Assembly: GCA_000934665.2 (NCBI GenBank)
Contig: KZ538006.1
Span: 124,001 to 188,000, forward strand
DNA from: Catajapyx aquilonaris
Lineage: Eukaryota
Reading direction: 5' to 3'
DNA length: 64,000 nt
Position 1 is the first letter of the stretch, and each line of letters starts with the position of its first letter. A program made the translations under genes and the position numbers. Below the pieces are notes generated by a model. That model did no database searches and was not told the origin of the DNA. It saw only the letters and a program-made list of their open reading frames with translations. Below are positions 38,101 through 51,800 of the stretch, piece after piece.

Positions 38101-41100
38101 TAAAAATTTAGCAGTATTATTTTTCGCAGCAAATGTAATACGTTCATCTTACATGAGAAAAGTGCAGTTACAAGTACATTACGAGCCCGCTGTGTCACGT
38201 GCATCATGAAATACTGTGTACGTACAGACGTAATTTTGCTGCAAGAAGCAACTTCGATGACATGCAACCTTGGGAAGCTGGAATTATAAATAAAGAAATG
38301 ACGTGAATGTGTGAGTGCAACAGGTTATATTTTTTACGCGGCACAGTTCGGTACTAGGCGAGATGGTAAGCTATATGTGAATGTTACGATGCATATCTTC
38401 CTACGTAATGTATATTGCACTACCGGTACATGGAGAGCCATGCAGCAAGTACACAAACATTTTTTTGTGTATGAATGTGCCTATGTATTTCACTAGGACA
38501 AAGCCGATTTAATATTGCATGGCACATTTGATTATTGAACTTATTGAAACTTTCTTGTAAATTCACGTCATATATACTGCCGTCCCTATCAAACAACAAT
38601 ATTACATATAGAAACAGTGTAAACTATATTTAGCCTGTCTTTTTCTGGTACAGCTGAACAGAGAAATGCCTCTTTGATGAGCTTCTAAAAGGAAAGGTCT
38701 TGCACGTAGATTCTTCCATATTCTTCTGTAATCAACTTTTGCAAGGAAAAAAGCACTCCTGTCTAATAAACAAGGTTGTCTTCAGCATCATACACAAGGT
38801 ATTCTCGGAAAGTTCCTAATCCCGGAGCGAGATTATGGCCGTGGCTTTTATGCGACGATCCTTAATTTACAGTAAGTAACAGAAGATGTTGCATTTTAAA
38901 AAGGCACTCATGCTTCCATAATTTCCCCTGTTTTGGCCTTTTCACTCCGCATCGGCAAAGATATAAATAATCATGTACTACAGTATACAGTGAATCAGCA
39001 TCCAATAAAGTTTCGGTCCCCTTTTCACGGGCAACAGGTTTCCCGTTGTATTTAACCACTGCATTGTAATACTTTCCATCTAGGTCATTAAAATGACAGC
39101 ACGTACCTGAATTACTTCGTGTTAGTGTTTTATTATTATTTCGTACTAGTTTGCACAAAATTCGCCTCCGTGGACTTTTGACATTCTGGAATACACTACT
39201 GTACTGTATACGTGTGCCAATGAATCACAAGAAAAAATAAGCAATAAAAATCTTAGCGAGGGTAGTGCCAATAATAATTAATTATGCAAATATTTTAACT
39301 CGTCCTAATACGAGAGCTAAAGATGGATGATTTTCAGATAATTTTTTTGATACACTGAATATTGATTCTAAACTTGCGGATTTATTTATGGTAAAATCAC
39401 ATTTGACCTGTTTCACTCCTTCAGCAGATATGTACATTTTCAGATCGGGATTGACGGGGGTTTCTAAAGGTGTAAATCAGTCGACATGATTGATTTGAAT
39501 AAATCAAACTGAAAATCCTCTCCGCACTTGCAACCAGATATGCAAAACCCACTCGCGCAAAACACCGTGCCAATCCTGCGGACCGTGCATCAGTCCGCAG
39601 AAGTAATGAGGCAAGCCAGCGACAGAAGACAGTGTCCATCCAACTGGAAAAGAGAAGGGGGGACGGATGGATGCGAAGAGTAAGTCACATGTACAACGTG
39701 TGGGATTGCAAGGAAAATGCGACTGGATGATGACCCCGAAGAGAAGCGGTTGCAAACCCACCATCTCCCTTCCATCCCTCTCCCTCCACCAAGAGCAATG
39801 GGGCAGAACCAAGCCCTTGGGGAGTGATGGGTCAGCCAGTGGAAGCGTGTCGAGATGGCGAGGGGACTACTTTGGCGTTCCCATGGAACATGTGCAAATG
39901 ACGAGGCTCTAAGTCCGGCTGCCCTGATGCTGCTTCTGCTGCTGGGAACCAGAATAAGAAAAGAAAGGATTCATCTCTCTCTCTCCCCCCTTTTACTAAG
40001 GGGGACGCCCAATAGACGCTGCTGGAGGCTTTTACAATTTTTTTTTTCATGGGAACGCACCTGACGCACCTGGCCCATCCGCATTGATGGTCACCTTTGG
40101 ATTAACTGTGGGGGACAAGAATTGGGAAGGGGGAGAAATGGCGATTGGCTTTTGTTGTAAGCGGTTTGCAACCTGTAACGGATATTGTTTGTCACACCGG
40201 CACAAGATGTGTCAGTGACTGCTGCAGAAAAGTAATATTAATGCATAACTTAAACTGTGGGCAATGCACCCTGTACACTCCAAAAGCAAAAGGCTATCCA
40301 ACCATGTTACCGCATTGTAATGCCGATGAGCAATACCTGCAACAACAATAATAAAAGAGAGGAATTCAAGCCTGAGGACAGTTTCCAAACCGAACTGGTA
40401 TGCTGTGTGACTCTACGCATTGTTCATGCAGTCGGATAATGATTCCCTTTCGTCTCCGCAATATTTCCGAGCCATGTACTATACACCCGCAAGTATATGC
40501 ATATGAAAACAGCGGTTCGACGTAACCTATATAGTATTATTTGCTTATGCAAGCCCTGCGGTATATGAAGATTGAATATCGTGGTGCCCTGTCGCAAGTA
40601 TAGAAAGTGATTTCGAGGGGATATCCAGCAAAACTGAAAGTCATCAAGTGTGAATTGTTGGAAGGTGAGTAAGCTGTTTCTGTATTTTCTGAGGGGTGAA
40701 ATGCTAATCAAGCGCGAAGTTACAAACTTATCACTGACTACATTACGGGACCGCAGCCACACCTGACTAAAACTACAGCATTGCAATGGGACCGTAGAAT
40801 TGCGAGTCAGTGCAACATTGTATTAACATATGCTGATGGCAAATTGTTAGAAAATTTTGACAGCATTTAAAGCTCCGACGTACTTTCGTTTAATTTCATA
40901 GCAAATTTTCCAGGGAATTGGTGCAATTATCCGGACACCGCATGCATATATCAGGAGCATGCGAATATCAGGAGTATGCAATTATCCGTAATTATTACCG
41001 AAGCAGGTGTCGTCGACCTCCACATATTTTTTCCCCCTCAACCCGTACACCAACCCCATAGTGTCGATGAGTGTACCTGCGGTTAGAAATGAGCAAGTAT

Positions 41101-41197
41101 AGTGTGGCTGTGAACAGAGACGGTTGGGCGTCTCCGTTCCCCCTTCTGGGGGTCCATCCATGGACTCAGCTTGTGCGTCCCCCTCTCTCAAAATCCT

Positions 41198-41237
41198 CCA
41201 CCATCACCCCCACCTCCACCACCACCACCACCACCAT
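41198..41237. repeat. (CCA)n microsatellite
   Basis: Imperfect CCA/CAC run ccaccatcacccccacctccaccaccaccaccaccacca. Confidence 0.8.
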
Positions 41238-44200
41238 GGCTGCTGCTGTGTGACCCACATTGAAAAGCGGGGAAAAGGCTTGTCAATACTCCTGGCCAGC
41301 TATGGTCGTGGCTCAGGTAAAGCTTCCCACGGAGGAGAAGAAGTCTGCTGAGGACGCCAGGAGGGGCCATGGATAGATGGATGGATAGATGCTGCTGATG
41401 CATGATGGAACCCCCTCCCAGGTGCACCGACGATACACTGATGCACCACACTCTTTTCCTCATAGATAGGAAGATCCCTCTTCCTATTGTCTGAACAACA
41501 ATCGATGCCCATGAATGGAATGATCAGCATCATGAGAAAATGTGATGTAATTGCTTTAACAGCGTCTCCTCTTGAGAGGTTTGGCCATTACCCGTGGTAA
41601 CCTGAGTAAAACGACAATGTCAGGTCTTGGGACATACAGTCCGTATGCATTTTGCGAGTATGTAAAGTGACAGCTGGCACTTTGACAACCTCTTTCAGCA
41701 GGAAAAAGGTTATGAAGTAGCTGTCAAAAGATCGAAAATAATGCAGCTTATTCTGACATAGGTGACTGCACTTGACATGTACGGATAGTAGTTGTCAATA
41801 AACACAAGGTGGTTTTTTCCTCCATGTTTCTGTAGTTACCATGGTGAACAGGTCTCGATGACACTAATAAGTCGGTAGTCATGGCGACTATTCATGATTA
41901 ACCACAAACCGGATTTATTTTCTACCTTATATGACTTTCCTTTCAAGCTCATCTCGACACCGTCAATACTGAGAGAGATAACGTCGTAATTTTCAGTCTA
42001 CCTTTGATGCGATCATTTCGAAGATATTACCCACGCTATATTTTCGCAATGCCCATATTCCTAATTCAATAAAAACGAGCTCAACAACGGCACTTACGCA
42101 GCTAAATGGCTGCATCATGAAACTGCCGTGCAAGATTTCGCGAAATTGATCGTGATGTGTATCTGACATGACGAAGCTTCGAACTCTTGGTTTCTGTTGG
42201 CCTTATTCGCTTTTATCCAGCTTGGTTGGTTGGCAAACTAGGCCATTTCGCTTCTTCATCCTCAGCAGCCCCCTCTTCTTTTGATAAACCAGAAGCAATG
42301 GGCAGAGGGGAGAGCCATCACCTGCCCAACCGACTAATGGATACGCCACTATACATTATGAAATCCCATCCCATCGACATGTCACTTGTAAGCCGTTGAC
42401 AATACGTGCGCAATCTTTAAAAATCGTGGATGAAAAATGTGAAAATAATATCAGGCCAATGACACATGATCGGTCAATTTCTTGCGAGACATTATTATTT
42501 TCTTCTTATGCACAAGGAAAAGTGGAATATTCCAGAAGAAATCCGTTTCCCCCCAAAAGACACGTGTCCACTAGCTCTCAAATACTAACAGCTGTGGGGG
42601 CAGCTGTTAGACTTCACGGTGATGGCAAGCCAAGCGGCTGTTTTCGTTGCGCCTATATACTCTGCTCTTGCCACTCGAATCACACGATCGCAAAAAAATT
42701 AACTGCTACGACATGGAAAAAAAGATATACGATCTGGTCTCATGTGTACCGGAAAAGAGCTATAATTAGGAAAATTAATTTGCACTGCGCCAAATGCTCT
42801 CCATATGTATAACGCTTGATACTCCCCCACAACTTGCAACAAATATTCCGGTTCAGGTTGTAAAAATCCCACATGCATATAAGTTATTATTTTAGGACAT
42901 GCATGCTTATGCTGTTAAGATGCCAAATGTGCCATTTCCTTTATATGAATTCATTACGAGTTATTAAACCCCAAATAGGCGGCATGTGAATGAATACTAA
43001 AAAAATGTTAAACAGTTCTTCTTGCGTGACAGACTATTCATATTTTTGGTACAAAAAAAGTCACAAATAAAAAAGGGAAGACCCAAAGCTGTTCGGAGCT
43101 ACTCGGGGGCCCCTCATTAGTGGGATGAAAAAAGTAGTGTTCGTTTAGTTAAAGATAGGGACATGCTCAGCAGGGCTTGATTATGACAATAAATATGACA
43201 GTGTTAACTATATTGCTTCCTAAAGCCATTAAAACAAACACGAAGAAGCTTACTCCTTTTGAAAGCGAATTCATATTCCGCTAACTAACCTCCTAGTCCT
43301 ACACCTTGACCGAGAAGCTCGCAACTGTGAATTCTGCAATTATCGCAGCCGAACTCATCGGTACAAAAGTTTCACATTTTTATGGGATTGTGTAAAACAC
43401 AAGAGTTGAGTATTATTGCCGACTAAATTTTGAGCAGGTCAATGCTCACAGTAAAATGATAGTGCACGCCTTCATGACTTACCGCGGTATCTTTTTTTTT
43501 TAACGTGACAGGAAATGTTCAGCTGTAATTGGACATTGTGGTAATTGGGGATCAGCTTTTTAATTGCAATAATTTCGATAAACAATGTACTTATCAGTGT
43601 AGACTGTAGAGCGTTACACGTCCTATAATGTGTCTAGTAAACTGCAGAAAAATATTATCTATATCCATCATTCATACACCTGCGGATATGGGATGCTCAC
43701 CACCTGTACATCTACCGTGTGTTTAATAATTCCGTGTCAGCATAAAATTGCATACCTCGCCTTTCGCATTTATTGTAATACAGTTTAAATTTCTTTCCAC
43801 TCTATACAATTAAACCTCAATTTCAAAGGCGACATAACTGAAGGCTCCCCAGCAGCATACAACAACAGCAATTGGCGCCTTTGGTTCGAACTCCTGATTT
43901 GTGGCACCACTAAATAAGCTCTTACACCCAATATCATAATTTACGACCTCCACAACGATTACAACCATACTTTGGGCCTACCGGTTGATAGTCGATCCCC
44001 TTTAAAAAATTAAAAAGAAAACAGCACCCGGTGTATTTTTAACAATGAAAGATGTCCATCGCGAAGAGCCCACCGGTTTTCCAAAAAAAGAGTAAACCCC
44101 AGGCCCACCTCCCGGGCACAGGAAAAAGAACTGGGAACAGAGCAAAACAGGGCGGCCTCAGCAACCCTGTAATTTCTGCTGAAGAGAGAGGAATTCCGGC

Positions 44201-45748
44201 GGAGAGGGCCAAGTATAATACATGTAAGGGAAAAGGAAGGAAGGAAGCAAAAGAGCAGCTAACAGGGCAGCAGACTCTCTATATAAAAGTCTAAAAAAGC
44301 ATCGCGGGGAGTCAGCTGTGGTCCAAGCCGAAACCTATTCTGTATAGTTCCGACATTTTTTTAAAATGGGTGTTGAGAGGGTTTTTCTCTACTGATTGGT
44401 TAATTATCCACGGTTTCTCAGGCATCAGCGGTTTACAAAAGCCGCTTGTTTCAGAAGGAGGATGACTTTGGGGCGTGGCCTTCAGATCGAACCAAGAGTG
44501 ATAAATGGTGTCCTCGCCTGACTGTATTCTTGTGGATAAAAATTGCCTGTCCGATTGCTATGTTACGCTTGTTCGTTAATTTATAGAATTATTAGTTGCT
44601 CGTAATGAAGTTGCGGTCTTGAATAGCACAGAAAATTCTTCCTCCCATCTGGTCCCAAACAAGACTCTTCAGTCTTATGGTATTGAGCAGTAAGGCCAGA
44701 ATTGAAACGGAAATGGAGAGAGAAAAAAGTGGACAAGAAACTTTCTTGATGAGCCATGCCCGTGGCTACTGAGACGGCAAGAAGTGAGCCATGGAGTCAT
44801 GAAAGACACTCTGGGGCAGTTAAGAGACCATCATCCAAGCCCTATAACCCCCCTTCCTGCGTTCCCAGCATGTGCCATCATCAGGAAAAGAACTTCACCA
44901 GTATGTGAACACACAATCTCATACTGCTTCTGAGGTTCTTTTAAACAACCTTGATGTAAGCTTGCAACAAATCCATTCCTCTAATTGGATTATCGCTAAT
45001 AATGTAACACAGAGAAACGTAACTTGGTGCGGTCAACTACGGAACTTTCTCCATTCATTTCTGCAATATTAAGTATCCACTTTCACGCAGTGATACAACT
45101 TTGCAAGCATGTTACGTGCTGAAAAAAATGAGGTCGTCCCAGTAATAAAATTAAAAAGGCAGAAACACATAAGAAGTGCACATCATTCTCTCCAAATAAA
45201 ATGGCCTGGTAAACGATCCTTTGGGAATGGGGCAAGCGGTGAAGTTCCAGGGGGCGACCCAGTGACCCTCAAGAGACTCACACTACATTCAGTTGCAAAT
45301 GAAGGAATCTTCCTTTTTTTTCCCCCTTCGTCTTACTTCCATATCCCACCTGCATCCTTCAGGATATCACTTTCTTCTCAACTTTCGCTCCTCCACTTTC
45401 CCTCCCTTTTATTCGTTCCCTCCCCACGCCCACATTTCGACGGAAGCCTTTTCTATCTCCGTCTCTTGTTACGATTACGTGAATCCAAGTCTGCCTGCTG
45501 CCTTGGCATTTTGTTCGCTCTTTGAAATGCGAATCCTTTCAACTCCCCATTCATAATTATGTATTAAGAGCACCAATTCATTGCAGTTTTCCTTCATAGT
45601 TAAAATTTCAACAAATCTAATTGTTTGGCAATTATTCAAAATGATTAGTCACATTTTCGTTGGAAATTAGTACAGTCTTTAGGAGTAGTCAGTTTCATAA
45701 TACTGATGTAAAGGTGCAATAATTTGTAACTCAAAATTATTAGTATTA

Positions 45749-45885
45749 GCACTCCAAAGTGAGTCATGGAGTGCAAAGTTTGCACTCCAGTTGGTCCTGC
45801 TATTTAACATGGCTAAGCCCAGAAATGAAAAATTAATCGCTCCATTTGCACTCCAAATGAAAGTATGGAGTTCAAACTTTGCACG
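45749..45885. repeat. Cluster of short inverted/direct repeats (GCACTCCA / TGGAGTGC), probable DNA-transposon remnant
   Basis: GCACTCCAAA..TGGAGTGCAAAGTTTGCACTCCA..TTTGCACTCCAAA..TGGAGTTCAAACTTTGCAC. Confidence 0.5.
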
Positions 45886-48800
45886 TAAGTTTCGACACTT
45901 GATAATCCCTTGGAAGAAATTTTGACACAAAAGGAGTATCAACGGTTTAATCTATGAGACTGTAATATCGCGTCGTACACAAGAAATTATTAAAAATAAA
46001 TTACGCGTCAAGCCAGCGAGTGAATGAAAAGTGCATTAATTTCACAGACGTGCATTAACCAACAGCACAAAAGGATATATGAATGGGTCACGTCAACTGT
46101 CACGCTTTTTACCCACATCTCTAATTCAAAAAACACACTCTCGGGACACGGGATATGTGCCTTGTGTCACTCCCGCTTTCCATCATCCAACAATGAATAC
46201 ATCAAGCGAAAACGATGCAAACTAAGGATCAGGACCGGTATTATAATCCAGGCCTTCAAAAAACTTGGGAGGACAGCGCCTTGTTGCTTAAGGATCAAAA
46301 GGCGCGGCCGCGTGTAGTATAGGGGCCCGCCTAATTATGAAAATCGCTGCGGGCATGCTACAAATTTTCAGAACCCATATGGCAGCCTATAATAAGTGGA
46401 GCCCTGGCCAGTTTTAAGGGTGCTGGTGGCTAATGCCAGGTGCTTCTGAGGGGTTTTTGGAACCCAGAAAAAGTGACTCGAAGAACGTGCCCCCCTTCAG
46501 TATGCGTGAAAACCAAATTTATTCTAATTCGATCGACGCCAGTAAGAGGAAGGGGTTACACCAGATGGAGGTCCTTTTACACCCTAAGGCTCTCTCCCCA
46601 TCTCAAAAAAAGAGGGGGTTAGCATGTGAATTACGATCGGGTCCGATCTATTAGCCTACCTATTGGATGCGGGTTTTTGAAAAGCAACAGATGCCGACTT
46701 TGGTCAGGTGTACTGCAAAATAGCGTATTGGGGAACTGCAGCAAGCTGCACCTAAAAGAAGAGAAGAGGGCCTTGGTTCCCACAGATTCGCTGCCTCTCA
46801 GACCCTCTTCTCTCGCACTTCTGACACGCAGATTTATGGGGCTTGGATGGCCTTTTGTGGCGCAGCTGCCACGCCAAAAACTGCTCTTCCGTTTCGAACC
46901 CTGTGTGGACATATACCCTGCTTTCTCAGGAGGGGGTTTCATATTATTGTTGCAATAATTATTGGTAGATGGAAAAATCCACTTGCTTCAAGGACATGAT
47001 CGGAAATTCTATTAGGTATTTTTGCGACCCCCCCCCCCCTTTTTAAACCATCGGGCTTGACATGAATCGATATGCGCTCAACTTCAAATAAGTTGTGATC
47101 AATATGCATTTTCAGAGTGCAGACCAGACGGTCCACGACTTAGTCGCGAGTTGGGCAACATCATGCATTAATAATGAAGTTTGCGTCCGAAGACATCAGT
47201 TTTGTGTACCGGAAGAGGAGACTCGGAGGTAAGGGCCAATGACTTGCTTGCTTCTTGGGAATATAAAAAATGGGACTGTCCAAAACGACCGTCTAAGTAT
47301 CGCATATTCAAATGTCTGTCAGTATACAGACACCTTCAGATAAGCAGAATAAATGTTCATCAAACAGGTCAAAGCGGGCCTATAAATATGGAATATCTAT
47401 GGTCACCTGAGTGCAAAAATAAATTCACACGCAGGTCATGAGGTTATGTTCCAAGACATTTCCATACTTATAAACAGTACTTGACTTACAATCAGCTACA
47501 GCTGAATCTAAATGTACGAATCAGTCAATTCGTCCCGAATTAACTGCCCTTGTGCTCATCACGTAATGAATAAAACTGGTGCATAAAGTCTGACGACAAT
47601 AACGTATACCTCGTCCCCATCGTCTCACTCCCTCAAGGTCAGGATCGCAAAAGGGCATATGGTGAGTGAATAACCTTTCATGTCTTCCCTGGCCAGAACT
47701 AGATCCTGCTTTTCTTACACCCAAATCACCTTGACTATATGCTTTTCAAATATAACGTCACGTCTCATTATACATCACCAAAGAAAACTGATATCCGGAT
47801 AAAAATTGAACACATTTTTTTTTCTTCTCTTCTCTCACATCCGACCTTCCCCAAATTTTCATTGCAAATTCAGCTCAGTGATCCACATTGAGCCGAGTTA
47901 TCCGAGGACAATGTCGTTCGCAAGTGGACATAACCGCCTAAGGATGCACCTTTCACCTATAGCTCTCTTATGTATAAAGCCGGGGCACCCTAGACGGTGT
48001 TTCCCACGGACCACCGAAAGGGTTGCAGGATGGCCCCACCGAAGAACTCCATTGTCCTCTGTTCTTCCACCTTCCGATTTGAAATTTAAAACTTCGCGGC
48101 TCCATATATTGAAATGGGGCGTTCGATTCAACTGGTGGATGGCAGGGAAAGGAAGGGGGGGTTCCCCATTCGGAAATGTTGCATGTTCTCTATTCCTTTG
48201 CCTATTCATGACCCTCGGGAGCATCTTGGACCAAGTCAAGGAGGCCTGCTCGACCATAGCAAGTAGGCGGAACCGCCTTCGTTCCATACACAAGATGGCC
48301 CCTCACCGAATTTTTGATTGGGAAATGGCCGTTGCAATCTCAGGCCTTATGTTACACTATTCGCGGGATGGGATATTATGGCTGAGGGAACGACGGTTAA
48401 GGGAATTCAAGTCAGCACATGCGGCTGCTTATGAAGAAAGAAAAAAAACTCTAACATGTCGGTTATTCATTGCTTATATTGAAAAGGAGGTGTGACTTGA
48501 ATGTGAAATAATAAGCACAGCTTCTGTGTCAAAGGACGTGCTAATTATTTTTCCCTTTACGCAACGCCGGGAGAGGTTTATGACTTTGTACTGACCTATT
48601 TGTACCTATAGAGTTGGAAAGGTTATAGAGAATCTGTGTCGCTTCGCAAGATCCTTGTATTGATCAAGTAATTGCCCTATATCATCTAAGACACAAAGGA
48701 GCAGCTTGTTGACTTCTTCCAACCTGATATTGTTCTTTGCAGAAGGAACTACGAGTCAGGCTATCATCCTTAGACGTTTTCTTCCCAATAATAATCGATA

Positions 48801-51800
48801 TTAAAGAGATGGACTCGAAGACACAGGTCAAATAAGCACTTGTGGCGTGTAATCTCGCAAATTTAGTGCAAATATTCGCATCGAAATAAAAATAATCGTC
48901 GTATAACCAGCAACTACTGCATACACATTCTTTAGTAATAACCTGTTCATTATTATTCATCAGTACATATACGTACTAGGAGCTTAAATTATCATAAACA
49001 TTATGTGTGTATAACAGGAATAAAATATTGCTTTAATAGTGCTATTTCAACTTCACTTTTGCGCCTAATGCCCTCACATAATAACTCACGTATAATGGAT
49101 TGCAGGCATTCATGAGGGTTAACGACACTAATGGGGGGTAGAGAAGGAATTTTCACATTTCACTGAACCGGGGAGAACTTTATTTTCCGCGAAAATGAGA
49201 CCTATACCCGAACTCGTGGTTTAAGACGTTATGAGAGCAACACAATGGAAATATAATAGGATAAAAAGTCTTGACCCTGTGCATTTGAGAGTGGCGATAA
49301 AGAATATTTCTCGGTATTCCTTGACCAATGGATGTAGGCATTTCCGTTCCTCATGGGAAGGTTGAAGCCCTAGGCGCCATCAAGGCCAACTACAAAAGAC
49401 CGCCACTGACTTCATATCCGAAGTGATGGGTGGTATAGAGGAAATCAGCGGTTAGCAATAATAGAAAACGGAGAGAAGCACTATACAGAGAGAAAAAAAA
49501 GGCTCAGGTAAAAAGCTGTCGATTTTCTTTGTTCCTCGAAAATCGCACGCGCGACATGTGTGGCACAACTGTCACAAATACCCCACTTTTTCAAGCGAAT
49601 TTTTTTTACCTGCTTGAACGAAGATGGAGAGTTCGATTACCTTGGGACTTGGGAGGTAGGAGAGATAATTCAGGCTCTAATGACATGCTTTGCGTACGAA
49701 AAAAACTGCAATAATGAAATATCTCCTGCCAGCTTATGACGTTGCAAATGCGGTACACCAGATTAACCGGTACAGTCGACGTGTAATTTTGCAGCCTGCA
49801 ATGATACCATTGGATGATTCTTCATGAATAGTAAAAAAGATTCCTGCATACCGAAACGCACAGGTGAGTTGAATAAATATTTCGGCGTATATGTCAGCAT
49901 GTGATTTACATATACAGACGCATTGGCCGCCTTTTAATATTTTACTACGAGTACCGACGAATACTATTGTCTTTTCTTAGACCACTCCAGCATAATTTCT
50001 ATACATATGCACTTACGTAAAACAAGGTCAAGCACGCCGATTTTATCTGTAATCGGAGCAGACAGAGTGTGCTGTACAATGTATATTTATGTTTTGGTTA
50101 GAATATCTTGTCCTTTGTGAAGGCCTGCTTTAATAGAGGTTGGAAGAGCAGCATACTCTTTTTTCCAATCCTCACTTCGATTGAGCGAGAAGACATGAGC
50201 AGCCAGCCGCCCTTGACCTTCCTTCAAGGAGAAGCCAATTTTCGTCCAGGCAGCTCTCGCCTGCTTAGCTCTCTTGTCTTCGAGCCTCCCCGATTCTTCT
50301 CGGGATAAGGTACAGGTAGAATGCAGAAGGCCGTTCCAACTTGTAACAATGATGTCGCTGACCGGAGGCAACTGATGGGATATACCGGTATCCTTTCACA
50401 GCAGGGGAGCTGCAGCGGATATTGGACGAGGATTTGGAGCCTGGGTATTATTTTGTTGTTGTAGGCTTTGGGATGGTTCACAAAATCATATAATACGTAT
50501 TGTGTGCGAAAGGTTGTTGAACTAATTGGGAGGAGCTAGTTACGTCATAGTTACGTCTGTTACTCACTTAACAAGCAGCCCAAGTAATGATCATTCTTAA
50601 TGACTCAGAAGAAATTAACCCGCTTTTTTTGATTGGAAGAGAAAGAAAAATCCTCATATGCGCGAATTCCGAACATTTCTGACCTGAAATGTTTTTTGTA
50701 AGTCTATGAATAAATAATAACATTCAGGAGTGATGCTGGCAAAACTATAAATTTCGCCGAACATTTGCAGAAAAAGAAATTGGGAACGACCTGGTGGCCT
50801 TTTTTTTCCAGCCGAACTCCAGGCGATTTATTTATCAAGCTGGCATCGGAATATTGGACGTGAATAGCACCGTCATAAAAATGTCGCCAAATATGGAACA
50901 GGTATTCAGAGAAAGAGGATGGCGGCATACCACACACAGCTAACACTAAATATGTATGCACTCCGAATGTCTTTTCCCTTGTGCAGATATAAAAGATACC
51001 GACTGGCGCTGGCGCGGGGATTGACCTACACCAGCTATCTGATTGCACATTCATAGATGCACAGGTGTCCGCACATTGTCGTACATGTATGATTAAAGAG
51101 GCTGTCTCTTTACGCCCTTTATTCCAGTTGATCATTTGTGGCAAGCATTGTCCAACTGTGACAAAAGCCACTCATTTTTACAAATTGTGCAGATGTATAA
51201 ATTTTTGCTAATATGAAGGCTATATGATCCAAAGAGCAATATCGAACATTTTCTTCCAATACGGATTAAATATGTGCGAATATTTAATACATCCTGTTCT
51301 GGCCAGGGCACGTTCATCAAAGATCAGCCTGTATGAATTCGATACTGCAATAAGACACAGTAATTACTCTACCATTAATCAATCATTAAGACTTAAATGC
51401 ACATTATTTCAGGTACAAACTAACAGAAACACCGCTTTGCAAGCCATAATGTTCTTGACTTATTAAAAAAGAAGATGATGTGACATCAGATAAGACACTT
51501 CCTGCGCTGCAAATTAAAAAGGGCATAAAGCTGGAGCCCATGACCGGACATATAATACGCACACAAAATGGGCTTGGCAGGGATAATTTTCGGCAACTCT
51601 TTGTTAAATAATGCATCACCTTGTTATCGTCATTATTTTACAGTATGCATGATAATCTTACGCATTATGATCAGTTATGCCACATAAGCAGACGTATTTT
51701 TATGCCGAAGACTTTTCTGTACTAAGCCAAATTAAACGCGTGCTCTGCAGTCCATAGCTACATCTACTTTATATCGTTAACTATTTTGCACTGGCGTTTA

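Noticed and set aside
41124..41463. His-rich / Gly-rich ORFs
   Set aside because: Explained by the (CCA)n microsatellite; no splice or homology support.
47806..48495. 229-aa plus-strand ORF
   Set aside because: Non-ATG start, no domain resemblance, no codon pattern like the real genes.
50087..50371. 94-aa minus-strand ORF with protein-like composition
   Set aside because: No recognisable family and no linked exons identified.
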